Positions 1 to 9,972 are shown, counted from the first letter of the stretch. The stretch: DNA of 64,000 nt from Eledone cirrhosa (GCA_964016885.1 OZ024741.1:416144001-416208000); one strand, 5' to 3'. Notes: generated from the sequence alone by a model not told the origin. Made by a program: numbers and translations.

Positions 1-150
1 CTTCCTAACACCAACCACATTTACAGTGTGGGGCTGGGAGGTTTTTACCGTGTTACCTACACAGCCACATTACAGCGTGGACTGTGTGTTTTTTTGTCGT
101 GACACCTACACGATCTCATTTGTTTCGGCCTGGATGTTGTGGCACCAACA
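1..150 (-). mobile_element. SINE fragment (same family as 9158-9660 and 10060-10331), cut by window edge
   Basis: cttcctaacaccaaccacat(t)tacagtgtgg at 1-31 is near-identical to 9391-9420 and is a close reverse-complement match to cactgtaaatgaggttggtgttaggaag at about 10159-10187. Confidence 0.7.
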
Positions 151-253
151 TAACTTTACATTGAAAGGGGAGGTGTGGATGGGGTGGGGGTGGTGGGACG
201 GGGGTGTATTTTGTTAGAGATGCCTACTGACTGTAGTAGGTTTTACTTTGTAT

Positions 254-631
254 TTAGGTAAGGCGGGTCTTCTCTATTACTGAGTACCGCCAAAGGTCTC
301 GGTCCAGTGACATTGTCTTGGAGAGGTGTAAGTGTGTGAGGTCGGAATTTATCAGCTCGTCCCAGGTTTTTCTGGGTCTGCCTACTCCGTGACTACCGTC
401 TATCTTTATTGCCCTGCACTTTGTTATACAGCTATCGTCTTTCATGCGCATCACGTGACCATACCAACGTAGTCTTCTCTCGAGTAAACAACATCTGATC
501 CCTCTTATTTCTAATTTTTCCCTTAGTTCGTTTATGCTTTGCCGTTCACGTATATTACTATTACACATCCAGCGGAGCATGCAAGCTTCGTTCCTCTCTA
601 GTCTGCGTATATCCTCTGCACACAATGCCCA
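254..631 (-). mobile_element. RTE-clade LINE, 5'-truncated 3' end of ORF (post-RT region)
   Basis: Translation WALCAEDIRRLERNEACMLRWMC...ERRLRWYGHVMRM...GRPRKTW...DRDLWR carries the RLRWxGHVxR, GRPRKTW and DRxxWR motifs typical of RTE ORF C-termini; homologous to 2250-2640. Confidence 0.9.
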
Positions 632-670
632 GATAAAGATATATTGATATTATTGTTGCTATCAATAATA

Positions 671-1144
671 TCATATTTAAAGAGAGTGAAGATGTTGTGG
701 TCTGTAGCAATGGGTATAATAAAGAGTATAAAAGAATTATAAAAGTTACTCGCAAAGGAGGTACATAGGCATATAGACAGTAAGAATGCAGAGGTATTAG
801 GCATATACAGAACACATGCATCATCGAAACTTTGTATATGTATACTACACAAGTTGCTTCACAATTTTCTCCTTACATCCTACCCATGCATTGCTGACTG
901 CGTAATACCCTATGACACCTATATTTTGTGATATCTTTGCCATACTATGCTATATATGCTTAATACCTTTGCTTTCTTTACCATATTATTCTGTATATGC
1001 CTAATACCTCTGCATTCTTACTGTCTATATGCCTATGTACCACTAATGTCCTCATTTGCGAGTAACCTTCTTTTATAATTCTTTTATAATCTTTATTATA
1101 CCCATTGCTACAGACCACAACATCCTCACTCTCTTTGAATATGA
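671..1144. mobile_element. MITE/foldback-like element with ~140-155 bp terminal inverted repeats
   Basis: 671-812 (tcatatttaaagagagtgaagatgttgtggtctgtagcaatggg...aggcatatacagaa) is the reverse complement of 989-1144 with few mismatches and small indels; ~176 bp spacer; no credible ORF. Confidence 0.7.
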
Positions 1145-1341
1145 CACATACATATGCATATATATATATATGATAATAATAGTATTTATATATATGAACT
1201 ATATACAATTAACTACGAACATGTAATATATTGTACTACCCAGTTACCAGTAAGAGAATTAGCTCAATGTAAAACATCAGATGTATTACAGAGCAGAGAT
1301 ACAAAATATAAAACAATCAATTTTTGTTTAATGCATTTAAT

Positions 1342-1381
1342 TGCTGACGATCGTTTCTTCCAGACTGGAATCATCGGACCA
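1342..1381 (-). ncRNA. Degenerate minimal type I hammerhead ribozyme motif (Penelope-like element type)
   Basis: Minus strand UGGU-CCGAUGA-UUCCA-guc-UGGAA-GAAA-CGAUCG-UC-AGCA: core with U4>C, 5-bp stem II, GAAA, palindromic stem III, GUC triplet, stem I with one mismatch. Confidence 0.65.
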
Positions 1382-1737
1382 TACACAATGTTTAAACAAG
1401 TAATTACATTCCTAGTCTTTAGAACATTCATTAAGATACATTATTATTAACAGTGTCAGTGACATCGTATTGAAAAGCAAGAGTAACAAAATGATATTAT
1501 AGTGGACAGATAGCAAAATAAGGGGGGTATTACTTAAAGTGAGTATATCAAGCATATTACACAGAAAGTTACTAATAGTATGCATAAAGGTAATACAGGT
1601 GCAAAAACATAGAAAGCATATACATATTACAGTAAAAAGATGATGTCACTAACAACTAACCTATGCTGGGGGATACATTCTTCCCCAGGGTATGCTTTAG
1701 TATTTGACACCATCTGTTTGTCTCATTGCCTAAATTG

Positions 1738-2661
1738 GCTATGGAAGCAACAGTTGGATTCAAGAGGACTGAGAGTGAACCTAGCTAAGACTAAGGTGTT
1801 GATAAGTAGAAAAGAGGACAAAACTCTGATTCTATCAGAGAAATGGCCATGTTCGATATGTAGGAAAGGAACTGGCATAAATTCTATAAAATGTACACAA
1901 TGCAGATCTTGAGTACACAAGAGGTGTAATGGGATAGCAGGCAAACTAACGGGTAGGGAAAACTACATATGCAGTAGATGTACAGGGAAACTTGACAGTA
2001 GAAGTGACAGTGATAGACTCATTTTTCAAATGCAGGCGGGTGCTATAGAAGTGGTTGATAGCTTCCGGTACCTAGGTGATCAGATTAGCATGAGAGGGGG
2101 CGTGTTCCGAGGCCATAGTATCTAGAATAAGGACGGGTTGGAAGAAGTTTAGGGAGCTGCTTCCTCTGTTGACAAAGAAGGGTTTCTCCCTGCACACGAA
2201 AGGCCGGTTATATGATGCCTGTGTGAGATGTGTGATGCTGCATGGTAGTGAGACATGGGCAACAACTGTGGAGGATATGCGATGGCTGGAGAGAAATGAA
2301 GCAAGTATGCTCCTTTGGATGTGCAATGTCAATGTGTGTAAGCGACCAAGCATAGATGAGTTGAGAGAGAAACTGTGTCTGAGAGGGATAGAATGTAGTG
2401 TGCGGGTGAGAAGACTGCATTGGTATGGACATGGAGGATGACCACTGGGTAAAGAAGTGCCAAGAAATCCCATTAGAAGGAAGACACAGTCGAGGAAGAC
2501 CACGAAAAACATGGGCGGAGGTGGTGAGAGCAGACCTCAGATCGCTGAAGCTCACGGAGGAGATGACAAAGAACTGTGATGAATGGAGAGATGCTGTGCT
2601 GAAGAGGACCAATCCCACCCTTGCAAGCAAGGAAAAGTGGACATAAAATGATGATGATGAT
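1738..2661 (+). mobile_element. RTE-clade LINE 3' fragment with PHD-type zinc finger, decayed (stop and frameshifts), (TGA)n tail
   Basis: LWKQQLDSRGLRVNLAKTKV, C4HC3 finger, IEVVDSFRYLG, KGRLYDACVRCVMLHGSETW, RRLHWYGH, GRPRKTW, DEWR; ends ggacataaaatgatgatgatga; in-frame TGA at 1910 and several frame changes. Confidence 0.92.
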
Positions 2662-2713
2662 ATATATACATATATATGTATATACACACATACATATATA
2701 TATATATATATAT
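2660..2713. repeat. (TA)n/(CA) microsatellite
   Basis: Direct reading of sequence. Confidence 0.9.
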
Positions 2714-2800
2714 GTAAAAGGTAAACAAGAATAACAACACAATCGGTAAAGTATATGGAAGGAATATATTAGGTTAACGCTTGAAATAGCAGGAAGAGGG

Positions 2801-2836
2801 TCTTAACGTTTTGGACGCTAGTCCTTCATCAGAAGA
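2801..2836 (-). ncRNA. Degenerate minimal type I hammerhead ribozyme motif (Penelope-like element type)
   Basis: Minus strand UCUU-CUGAUGA-A-GGAC-uagc-GUCC-AAAA-CG-UU-AAGA: intact CUGAUGA, perfect 4-bp stems I and II, palindromic ACGU stem III; G12 of GAAA changed to A. Confidence 0.7.
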
Positions 2837-3066
2837 AAGAATGAGAAATAAGATAGATTGAAGGGACGGGTGGGGTGGAATTGGAAAATATGTCTTTAGA
2901 TATATATATATATTTATATATTAATAAAAGGAATTCCAACTTTGTCTGATTTACTCGTTTTATTTACAATGATATTATAATGAAATAGTATGGTAGAATA
3001 TTAAATGTTAAGTATTAATTGAACAAGTACTTTCATGCTTTCGCAATCTTCAGGTTCATATTGTGT

Positions 3067-3115
3067 GGTGACAGCCAAGTTTGCAATTTTGAAAATTGCT
3101 AACTTGACTGTCACC
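3067..3115. repeat. 49-bp near-perfect palindrome
   Basis: ggtgacagccaagtttgcaatttt-g-aaaattgctaacttgactgtcacc; 24-bp arms, 2 mismatches. Confidence 0.85.
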
Positions 3116-3964
3116 CGTGTGTATTTATTTATATATTTATATATATACACACACATGTTTCTCCCTATTGGTTGATGTGGTATATATATATATATATTCT
3201 CGAGTCCCAAATAATAGCAGGGATGGAATATGCTGGAGATGGAGTTGGAATAAGTGGGTAGAGGGTGGAAAATCATTAATTTTTCTTGGTTGTCTCTGTT
3301 GATTTTTTAAAAACCAGAATTAGTCATTTAGTTTACATATTGAGACCCCAACCTATGTATTTTATAACATGGAGTTTCTAGTAATGTACTTTTTTTGTCA
3401 TGTATAATGTTTTTTAATGTCTAAATTAAATTAATTGTCACAGGAATGCTACCACTTAAAATAAAATTTCACTAGAGATAGATTAGTAAAATTTAATGAT
3501 GGGGGGGGGGGTCGAGATCTGGGAGTATATCATCATCATCTTCATCATCATTTAACGCCTGTTTTCTCTGATAAATATATGTAAGCTTGTATGTATATGT
3601 GTATGTATGTACATGCATATATACACATTCATACAAACACACACACACATATATAGTTGTCTTTATTTAAGTGTTTATTTGATTGTGAGTGTTGGGTTTT
3701 TACCCCCCCCCCCCCAAAAAAAAAATAGGGTGTAAATAGGAATAACCACTCTACGTCAGTTATAGTTATCCAGCAGTGATATGGAATTACATATAATATG
3801 AGAGACAAACATGTATTGTTCTCTGTGTGAATACTAAGCAAACATGCCAAACTGGACAGTCATGGATATACAATGTCAGGAAAAACAACTGGGTGCTCAT
3901 ATCTGAAATACCAAACAATCGGTTGGTAGGATCCTTCAGTTTTGTAAAAGACATGACAACTTCC

Positions 3965-4152
3965 CTAGTGCTGGTGCCACAATAAAATATACTCAGTAGA
4001 GCATTGGATTGTACGTAAGCAAGATATGGAACACCAGCCTGTCAGTGAAGTCAGAAAACTTACTTCAGTCTGTGAAGACCTGTCCAATCCTTCCTAGTAT
4101 GGAAAACAGATGTTAGATGATGATGATGATATAGATGTTGATGATGATGATA
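3965..4152 (+). mobile_element. Decayed SINE 3' portion with (GAT)n tail
   Basis: gtgctggtgccacaataaaa body motif resembles ggcgccacggcaaaaaagcac of the 10060-10331 SINE; 3' end cctagtatggaaaacagatgttagatgatgatgat resembles the other SINE/LINE tails. Confidence 0.55.
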
Positions 4153-4293
4153 ATTATTCCTTTGATCAGTAATGAGATAATACCTCTGTGTTTGTTCTGT
4201 GAAAAGACATTTTGATTTGATGCCATAAATTCTTCAATGATAATACATTGAGATAAGTAAAAGACATTTTTAAGATGTTTAAGTCACTGAATG

Positions 4294-4294
<1 letters not shown>

Positions 4295-4324
<30 letters not shown>

Positions 4325-4503
4325 CTTCTTCTTCTTCTTCTTCTTCTTCTTCTTCTTCTTCTTTTTCTTTTTCTTTTTCTTTTTCTTCTTCTTCTTCTTC
4401 TTCTTCTTCTTCTTCTTTGCCTTCTTTGCCTTCTTCTTCTTCTTCTTTGCCTTCTTTGCCTTCTTCTTCTTCTTTGCCTTCTTCTTCTTCTTCTTCTTCT
4501 TCT
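4295..4503. repeat. (CTT)n/(GAA)n compound microsatellite, probable expanded 3' tail of the adjacent minus-strand LINE
   Basis: About 200 bp of CTT with CTTTTT and CTTTGC interruptions; lies just 3' of the minus-strand RTE ORF end. Confidence 0.9.
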
Positions 4504-4504
4504 T

Positions 4505-6087
4505 TGGCTTCTTCCCCACACACTTATTCCTGCCAGGGACATGGGGCCAGAGTCCTCAAACACACCTTCTAGTGGGTCCTGTCAGAAGCAACCATCTCCA
4601 ACTGATCCAGCTGGATCCCTAAGCAAGAGCAGCCAAGTTCAAGAATATTATCCAACCATCTTACTCGAGGTCTACCCCTGGGTCTCCTGCTGGTTGGTTT
4701 AGCCTGTAAAACTTGTCCAGTGATTCTTTTCTGAGACATTCTAACCACATGTCTGTAGTATCAGAGCTGTGATCTCTCAATCCAGAGATTCTTTCCTGAG
4801 ACATTCTAACCACATGTCTGTAGTATAAGAGCTGTGATCTCTCAATCCAGAGATTCTTTCCTGAGACATTCTAACCACATGTATGTAGTATCAGAGCTGT
4901 GATCTCTCAATTCAGAGATTCTTTCCTGAGACATTCTAACCACATGTCTGTAGTATCAGAGCTGTGATCTCTCAATTCAGAGATTCTTTCCTGAGACATT
5001 CTAACCACATGTCTGTAGTATCAGAGCTGTGATCTCTCAATCCAGAGATTCTTTCCTGAGACATTCTAACCACATGTCTGTAGTATCAGAGCTGTGATCT
5101 CTCAATTCAGAGATTCTTTCCTGAGACATTCTAACCACATGTCTGTAGTATCAGAGCTGTGATCTCTCAATCCAGAGATTCTTTCCTGAGACATTCTAAC
5201 CACATGTCTGTAGTATCAGAGCTGTGATCTCTCAATCCAGAGATTCTTTCCTGAGACATTCTAACCACATGTCTGTAGTATCAGAGCTGTGATCTCTCAA
5301 TTCAGAGATTCTTTCCTGAGACATTCTAACCACATGTCTGTAGTATCAGAGCTGTGATCTCTCAATCCAGAGATTCTTTCCTGAGACATTCTAACCACAT
5401 GTCTGTAGTATCAGAGCTGTGATCTCTCAATTCAGAGATTCTTTCCTGAGACATTCTAACCACATGTCCGTAGTATCAGAGCTGTGATCTCTCAATTCAG
5501 AGATTCTTTCCTGAGACATTCTAACCACATGTCTGTAGTATCAGAGCTGTGATCTCTCAATTCAGAGATTCTTTCCTGAGACATTCTAACCACATGTCTG
5601 TAGTATCAGAGCTGTGATCTCTCAATCCAGAGATTCTTTCCTGAGACATTCTAACCACATGTCTGTAGTATCAGAGCTGTGATCTCTCAATTCAGAGATT
5701 CTTTCCTGAGACATTCTAACCACATGTCTGTAGTATCAGAGCTGTGATCTCTCAATTCAGAGATTCTTTCCTGAGACATTCTAACCACATGTCTGTAGTA
5801 TCAGAGCTGTGATCTCTCAATCCAGAGATTCTTTCCTGAGACATTCTAACCACATGTCTGTAGTATCAGAGCTGTGATCTCTCAATTCAGAGATTCTTTC
5901 CTGAGACATTCTAACCACATGTCTGTAGTATCAGAGCTGTGATCTCTCAATCCAGAGATTCTTTCCTGAGACATTCTAACCACATGTCTGTAGTATCAGA
6001 GCTGTGATCTCTCAATCCAGAGATTCTTTCCTGAGACATTCTAACATGTTCATAGTATCAGAGCTGTGATCTCTTAATTCAGAGAAA
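4505..6087 (-). mobile_element. RTE-clade LINE 3' fragment (distinct subfamily) with an internally amplified 65-bp segment
   Basis: Minus-strand translation L*IERSQL*YYRHVVRMSQERI/TGQVLQAKPTSRRPRGRPRVRWLDNI...MVASDRTH*K matches the RTE C-terminal pattern (QLRWxGHVxRM...RPRGRPRxRW...DRxxW). Confidence 0.8.
4722..6085. repeat. 65-bp minisatellite, ~21 near-identical copies
   Basis: Unit gattctttcctgagacattctaaccacatgtctgtagtatcagagctgtgatctctcaat(c/t)caga; period 65 (ctaaccacat at 4741 and 4806). Confidence 0.97.
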
Positions 6088-6148
6088 CATTTCTATTTAT
6101 CTTGCTTTATAAATTGAATTGATTTATGATTCCAAGTCTTTTATTTAA

Positions 6149-6305
<157 letters not shown>

Positions 6306-6515
6306 AATAACAATGTGTGATGTCAGTGGGGTACGAGGTGGGTTGGGGAGGTGGGTTACATCTACAACCTGCTTTCAATTGACAGATGTATCTACATCAT
6401 TCACATACCTTGCTAAAGATCTTGGGGAAAAGATGATTGTCACAACATCTTATAACCCTAAGTTTCCTTCTAATAACTCTGGACTCTTTTGCTTGTTTAA
6501 AAAAAAAATCATGAA

Positions 6516-6770
6516 GGTGCATGGCCCAGTGGTAAGACTGTTGGACTTAAGTTCATAATGTCGTGGGTTCAATTCCTGGACTGGCTTGTGTGTTGTGTTC
6601 TTGAGCAAAACACTCCAGTATACTTAGCTGAAAATGAGTACCAGCAATAGGTGGGGGTTTAACCCTGCGAGTGACTGATGTCCTGTCCTGTGTCAGGGAG
6701 TCTTGTACTCTCAGTTAATTAACCCCAAGGAAACCACGGATAAACTCTAGCTTAATGAACCTCTGGTTTT
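6516..6770 (+). mobile_element. tRNA-derived SINE
   Basis: Pol III box A TGGCCCAGTGG (6522-6532) and box B GGTTCAATTCC (6566-6576) at tRNA-like spacing, followed by gtgttcttgagcaaaacact and ccctgcgagtgactgatgtcctgtcc, which resemble conserved SINE central domains. Confidence 0.75.
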
Positions 6771-6817
6771 ACACTTAACAAATCATGAAAAGTAAGAAAT
6801 TTACCTCAGTATACTTG

Positions 6818-7850
6818 CATATATATACTAACACATACATAAACACACACACACTCACACATATATATACTAACACATACATAAACACGCACACACTCAC
6901 ACATATATATACTAACACATACATAAACACACACACACTCACACATATATATACTAACACATACATAAACACACACACACTCACACATATATATACTAAC
7001 ACATACATAAACACGCACACACTCACACATATATATACTAACACATACATAAACACACACACACTCACACATATATATACTAACACATACATAAACACAC
7101 ACACACTCACACATATATATACTAACACATACATAAACACACACACACTCACACATATATATACTAACACATACATAAACACGCACACACTCACACATAT
7201 ATATATACTAACACATACATAAACACACACACACTCACACATATATATACTAACACATACATAAACACACACACACTCACACATATATATACTAACACAT
7301 ACATAAACACGCACACACTCACACATATATATACTAACACATACATAAACACACACACACTCACACATATATATACTAACACATACATAAACACACACAC
7401 ACTCACACATATATATACTAACACATACATAAACACACACACACTCACACATATATATACTAACACATACATAAACACGCACACACTCACACATATATAT
7501 ACTAACACATACATAAACACACACACACTCACACATATATATACTAACACATACATAAACACGCACACACTCACACATATATATACTAACACATACATAA
7601 ACACGCACACACTCACACATATATATACTAACACATACATAAACACGCACACACTCACACATATATATACTAACACATGCATAAACACACACACACTCAC
7701 ACATATATATACTAACACATACATAAACACACACACACTCACACATATATATACTAACACATACATAAACACACACACACTCACACATATATGTACTAAC
7801 ACATACATAAACACACACACATATATGTACTAACACACACACACACATAT
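6818..7850. repeat. 42-bp minisatellite built from CA/TA microsatellite motifs, ~24 copies
   Basis: Unit catatatatactaacacatacataaacac(a/g)cacacactcaca; period 42 (ctaac at 6828 and 6870); explains the 14-aa periodic spurious ORFs. Confidence 0.95.
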
Positions 7851-8114
7851 ACACATATATCCATCTGTCATCTATGTAACACCAAATTGGCAGGCAGTCC
7901 CTGAAGTGCTTTTATGGAATTAAAATGCTAAAGTAAATTTTCCAGCCTGGCCTTCTGTTGTTTTAATGAATACTTTACTCCGTTCCTGCACCAACCACTG
8001 GATACCACATCTACGATGGATGATTTACTCAATGTTGAGTGCTTTAATTTATTTGTTGCCTCATGGTTTACCAACCAGAACTACCGGTTCTACCCATTGG
8101 TAAACAACATAAAT

Positions 8115-8117
<3 letters not shown>

Positions 8118-8155
<38 letters not shown>
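8118..8155. repeat. (TA)n microsatellite
   Basis: Direct reading of sequence. Confidence 0.95.
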
Positions 8156-8157
<2 letters not shown>

Positions 8158-8158
<1 letters not shown>

Positions 8159-8766
8159 AATGGCTTCTACAGGACTAGAGCTGTTTCATTTGGGAAAAAT
8201 CGAATGAAACAGTTCTAGTCCAGTAGAAGCCATTTCTATATTAAATATTTATACTCTGCTATGTATTGAGTACCTGACTTACTGCTTCACCCTTCACTCA
8301 CTCATTCTCTGTTACTACCTCACCTCCTCCTCCTTCTTCCCGTTTGACCTGTGCGTAATTCTTTTCTTTCGCACCCTTGGTCAGGTAGGTCGCTTTTTTT
8401 CTCTCTCTCGTCTACGATTTCACAGAACTTACGTTTACCGAATTCACAGACCAGATCCCCTCTTCCTCCCGTTAGACCTGTACGGAATTCCTTCCTTGCT
8501 CACATTCCAACCAAGTTTGATGGTCTTTATTCTCTCTCATTCACGATTTCACCGAATTTATATTCATGGAAATTTGGGACTTGACTCCTTCTTCCTCACT
8601 TTTCGTTGCTTCACCATCTTTGTTTGTTTACACTCTTGTGTCCCCTTTAATTACGTGTCCCAACGACTTTTTTTAGCCGTTGCTCGCACCAACCGGAGGT
8701 ATATGGTCTTTAAAGCGATGAAATACCAATGATGGTTGGAAGATCACTGATGAAGGACTAACTTTA

Positions 8767-8769
<3 letters not shown>
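8158..8769 (+). mobile_element. TA-flanked repeat remnant, possibly a Penelope-like terminal region
   Basis: Bounded by (TA)n on both sides; begins with a 33-bp-arm hairpin, has a pyrimidine-rich body with a diverged ~130 bp duplication, and ends in ctgatgaaggacta (hammerhead 5' half). Confidence 0.45.

Positions 8770-8822
<53 letters not shown>
8770..8822. repeat. (TA)n microsatellite
   Basis: Direct reading of sequence. Confidence 0.95.
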
Positions 8823-8825
<3 letters not shown>

Positions 8826-8859
8826 TAGAATTGGTGCTCTGAAATAGCTATATATATAT

Positions 8860-8934
8860 ATGAATGTATATATAGTGTATTTTGCAATACACTATATGAA
8901 TATATATATAGTGTATTTTGCAATACACTGTATG
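8860..8934. repeat. Two 36-bp tandem copies, each with a hairpin
   Basis: tgaatgtatatatagtgtattttgcaatacactata x2 (8861 and 8897); agtgtatt-ttgc-aatacact inverted repeat. Confidence 0.8.
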
Positions 8935-9025
8935 CTTAATTAAAAGCATTTCGAAGACCTTATGCTATTGTTTTAGTGTAGTGACAGACTCACTTACTTT
9001 AATTTCAGCAAACAGGGGGAGATAA

Positions 9026-9070
9026 AGCTAACAAGGCCTTGTTTCGCATTTATTGATGCTTATCAAAGCC
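9026..9070 (-). ncRNA. Degenerate minimal type I hammerhead ribozyme motif (Penelope-like element type)
   Basis: Minus strand GGCU-UUGAUAA-GCAU-caauaa-AUGC-GAAA-CAAGGCCUUG-UU-AGCU: stems I and II pair, stem III is a perfect palindrome, core has C3>U and G8>A. Confidence 0.6.
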
Positions 9071-9157
9071 AACTACTCCTCCTGTCCGCTGAAATCATGG
9101 ATGTTTGAACATTTGAACATTTATTGTGTTATTGTCTTTCTTTTTACACCCAACAGG

Positions 9158-9186
9158 TCATCATCATCATCACCATCATAGTCATG

Positions 9187-9217
<31 letters not shown>

Positions 9218-9660
9218 TCATCATCATTATCATCATCACTCTCATCACTATCATCATTATCATTTAACCTCCATTTTCCCACAATAACATAGGTTAGACA
9301 GGTTGTCACATTATGAGACAAGTCAGGTCCGGAGAACATGTCTTTCTCATGTCGATCTGTATTTTGGCCTGGTTTCTATGGTTGGATGCCCTTCCTAACA
9401 CCAACCACATTACAGTGTGGTGTGGGTGTCTTTTGTTGTGTCACCAGCACGACTACCTTACAGGGTCGTCTGTATTACTATACTCATTGCTAATTTATCC
9501 TTGGTGAGTGCTCCTCTGTATATGTCTTGGACAGCTCTCACAAGTCACTTTTTTTGTGTCATCAGCATGACCACCTTACAGGGTGGATTGGGTGCTTTTT
9601 GTCATGCCACCAGCATGACCACTTTACAATATTAATTGGGTGCTTTTTCTTGTGTCACCA
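9158..9660 (-). mobile_element. SINE with long (GAT)n tail and internal ~45-bp repeats
   Basis: (CAT)n 9158-9262, then ttaacctccattttcc...tggatgcccttcctaacaccaaccac and repeated gggtgcttttt...caccagcatgaccac(t)ttaca units; reverse complement of 10060-10331. Confidence 0.8.
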
Positions 9661-9972
9661 ACGTGATATACATGAATCCATATTTGACAAAGTATGGGTC
9701 CATACACTACAAATTAGGGACTCCTCTGTCAGAAATACAACCCTAACCCCTTGCAGTACCACTCCTTAGTTATTCTCCCCAACTTCAAAGATCTAGGATA
9801 CCTTCTCCTTCCACTATCAACTACTTGTTGCTATCCTGTCACTACTCATACTTATTGCCGCCTGCTCCTCTGCCTATGACAGGCTCTCACAAGTCACTCA
9901 GCTACCTGTAGTTTCTTAAGAGCACCCCACACTATGGTATAAGGTACTGTCAAAAACTTTCCAGGTCAGACA

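Noticed and set aside
561-1208. Paralogous small ORFs
   Set aside because: Their similarity comes from the inverted-repeat arms; no protein-family signal
4166-4622. Poly-K/F/R/E/S ORFs
   Set aside because: Translations of the (CTT)n microsatellite
6516-6585. tRNA gene
   Set aside because: A and B boxes are present, but there is no convincing cloverleaf and the sequence continues into a SINE body
6775-7854. Cys/Val-rich or His/Thr-rich repetitive proteins up to 359 aa
   Set aside because: Artefacts of a stop-free 42-bp CA/TA minisatellite
9121-9339. Asp-rich ORF
   Set aside because: Translation of the SINE (GAT)n tail
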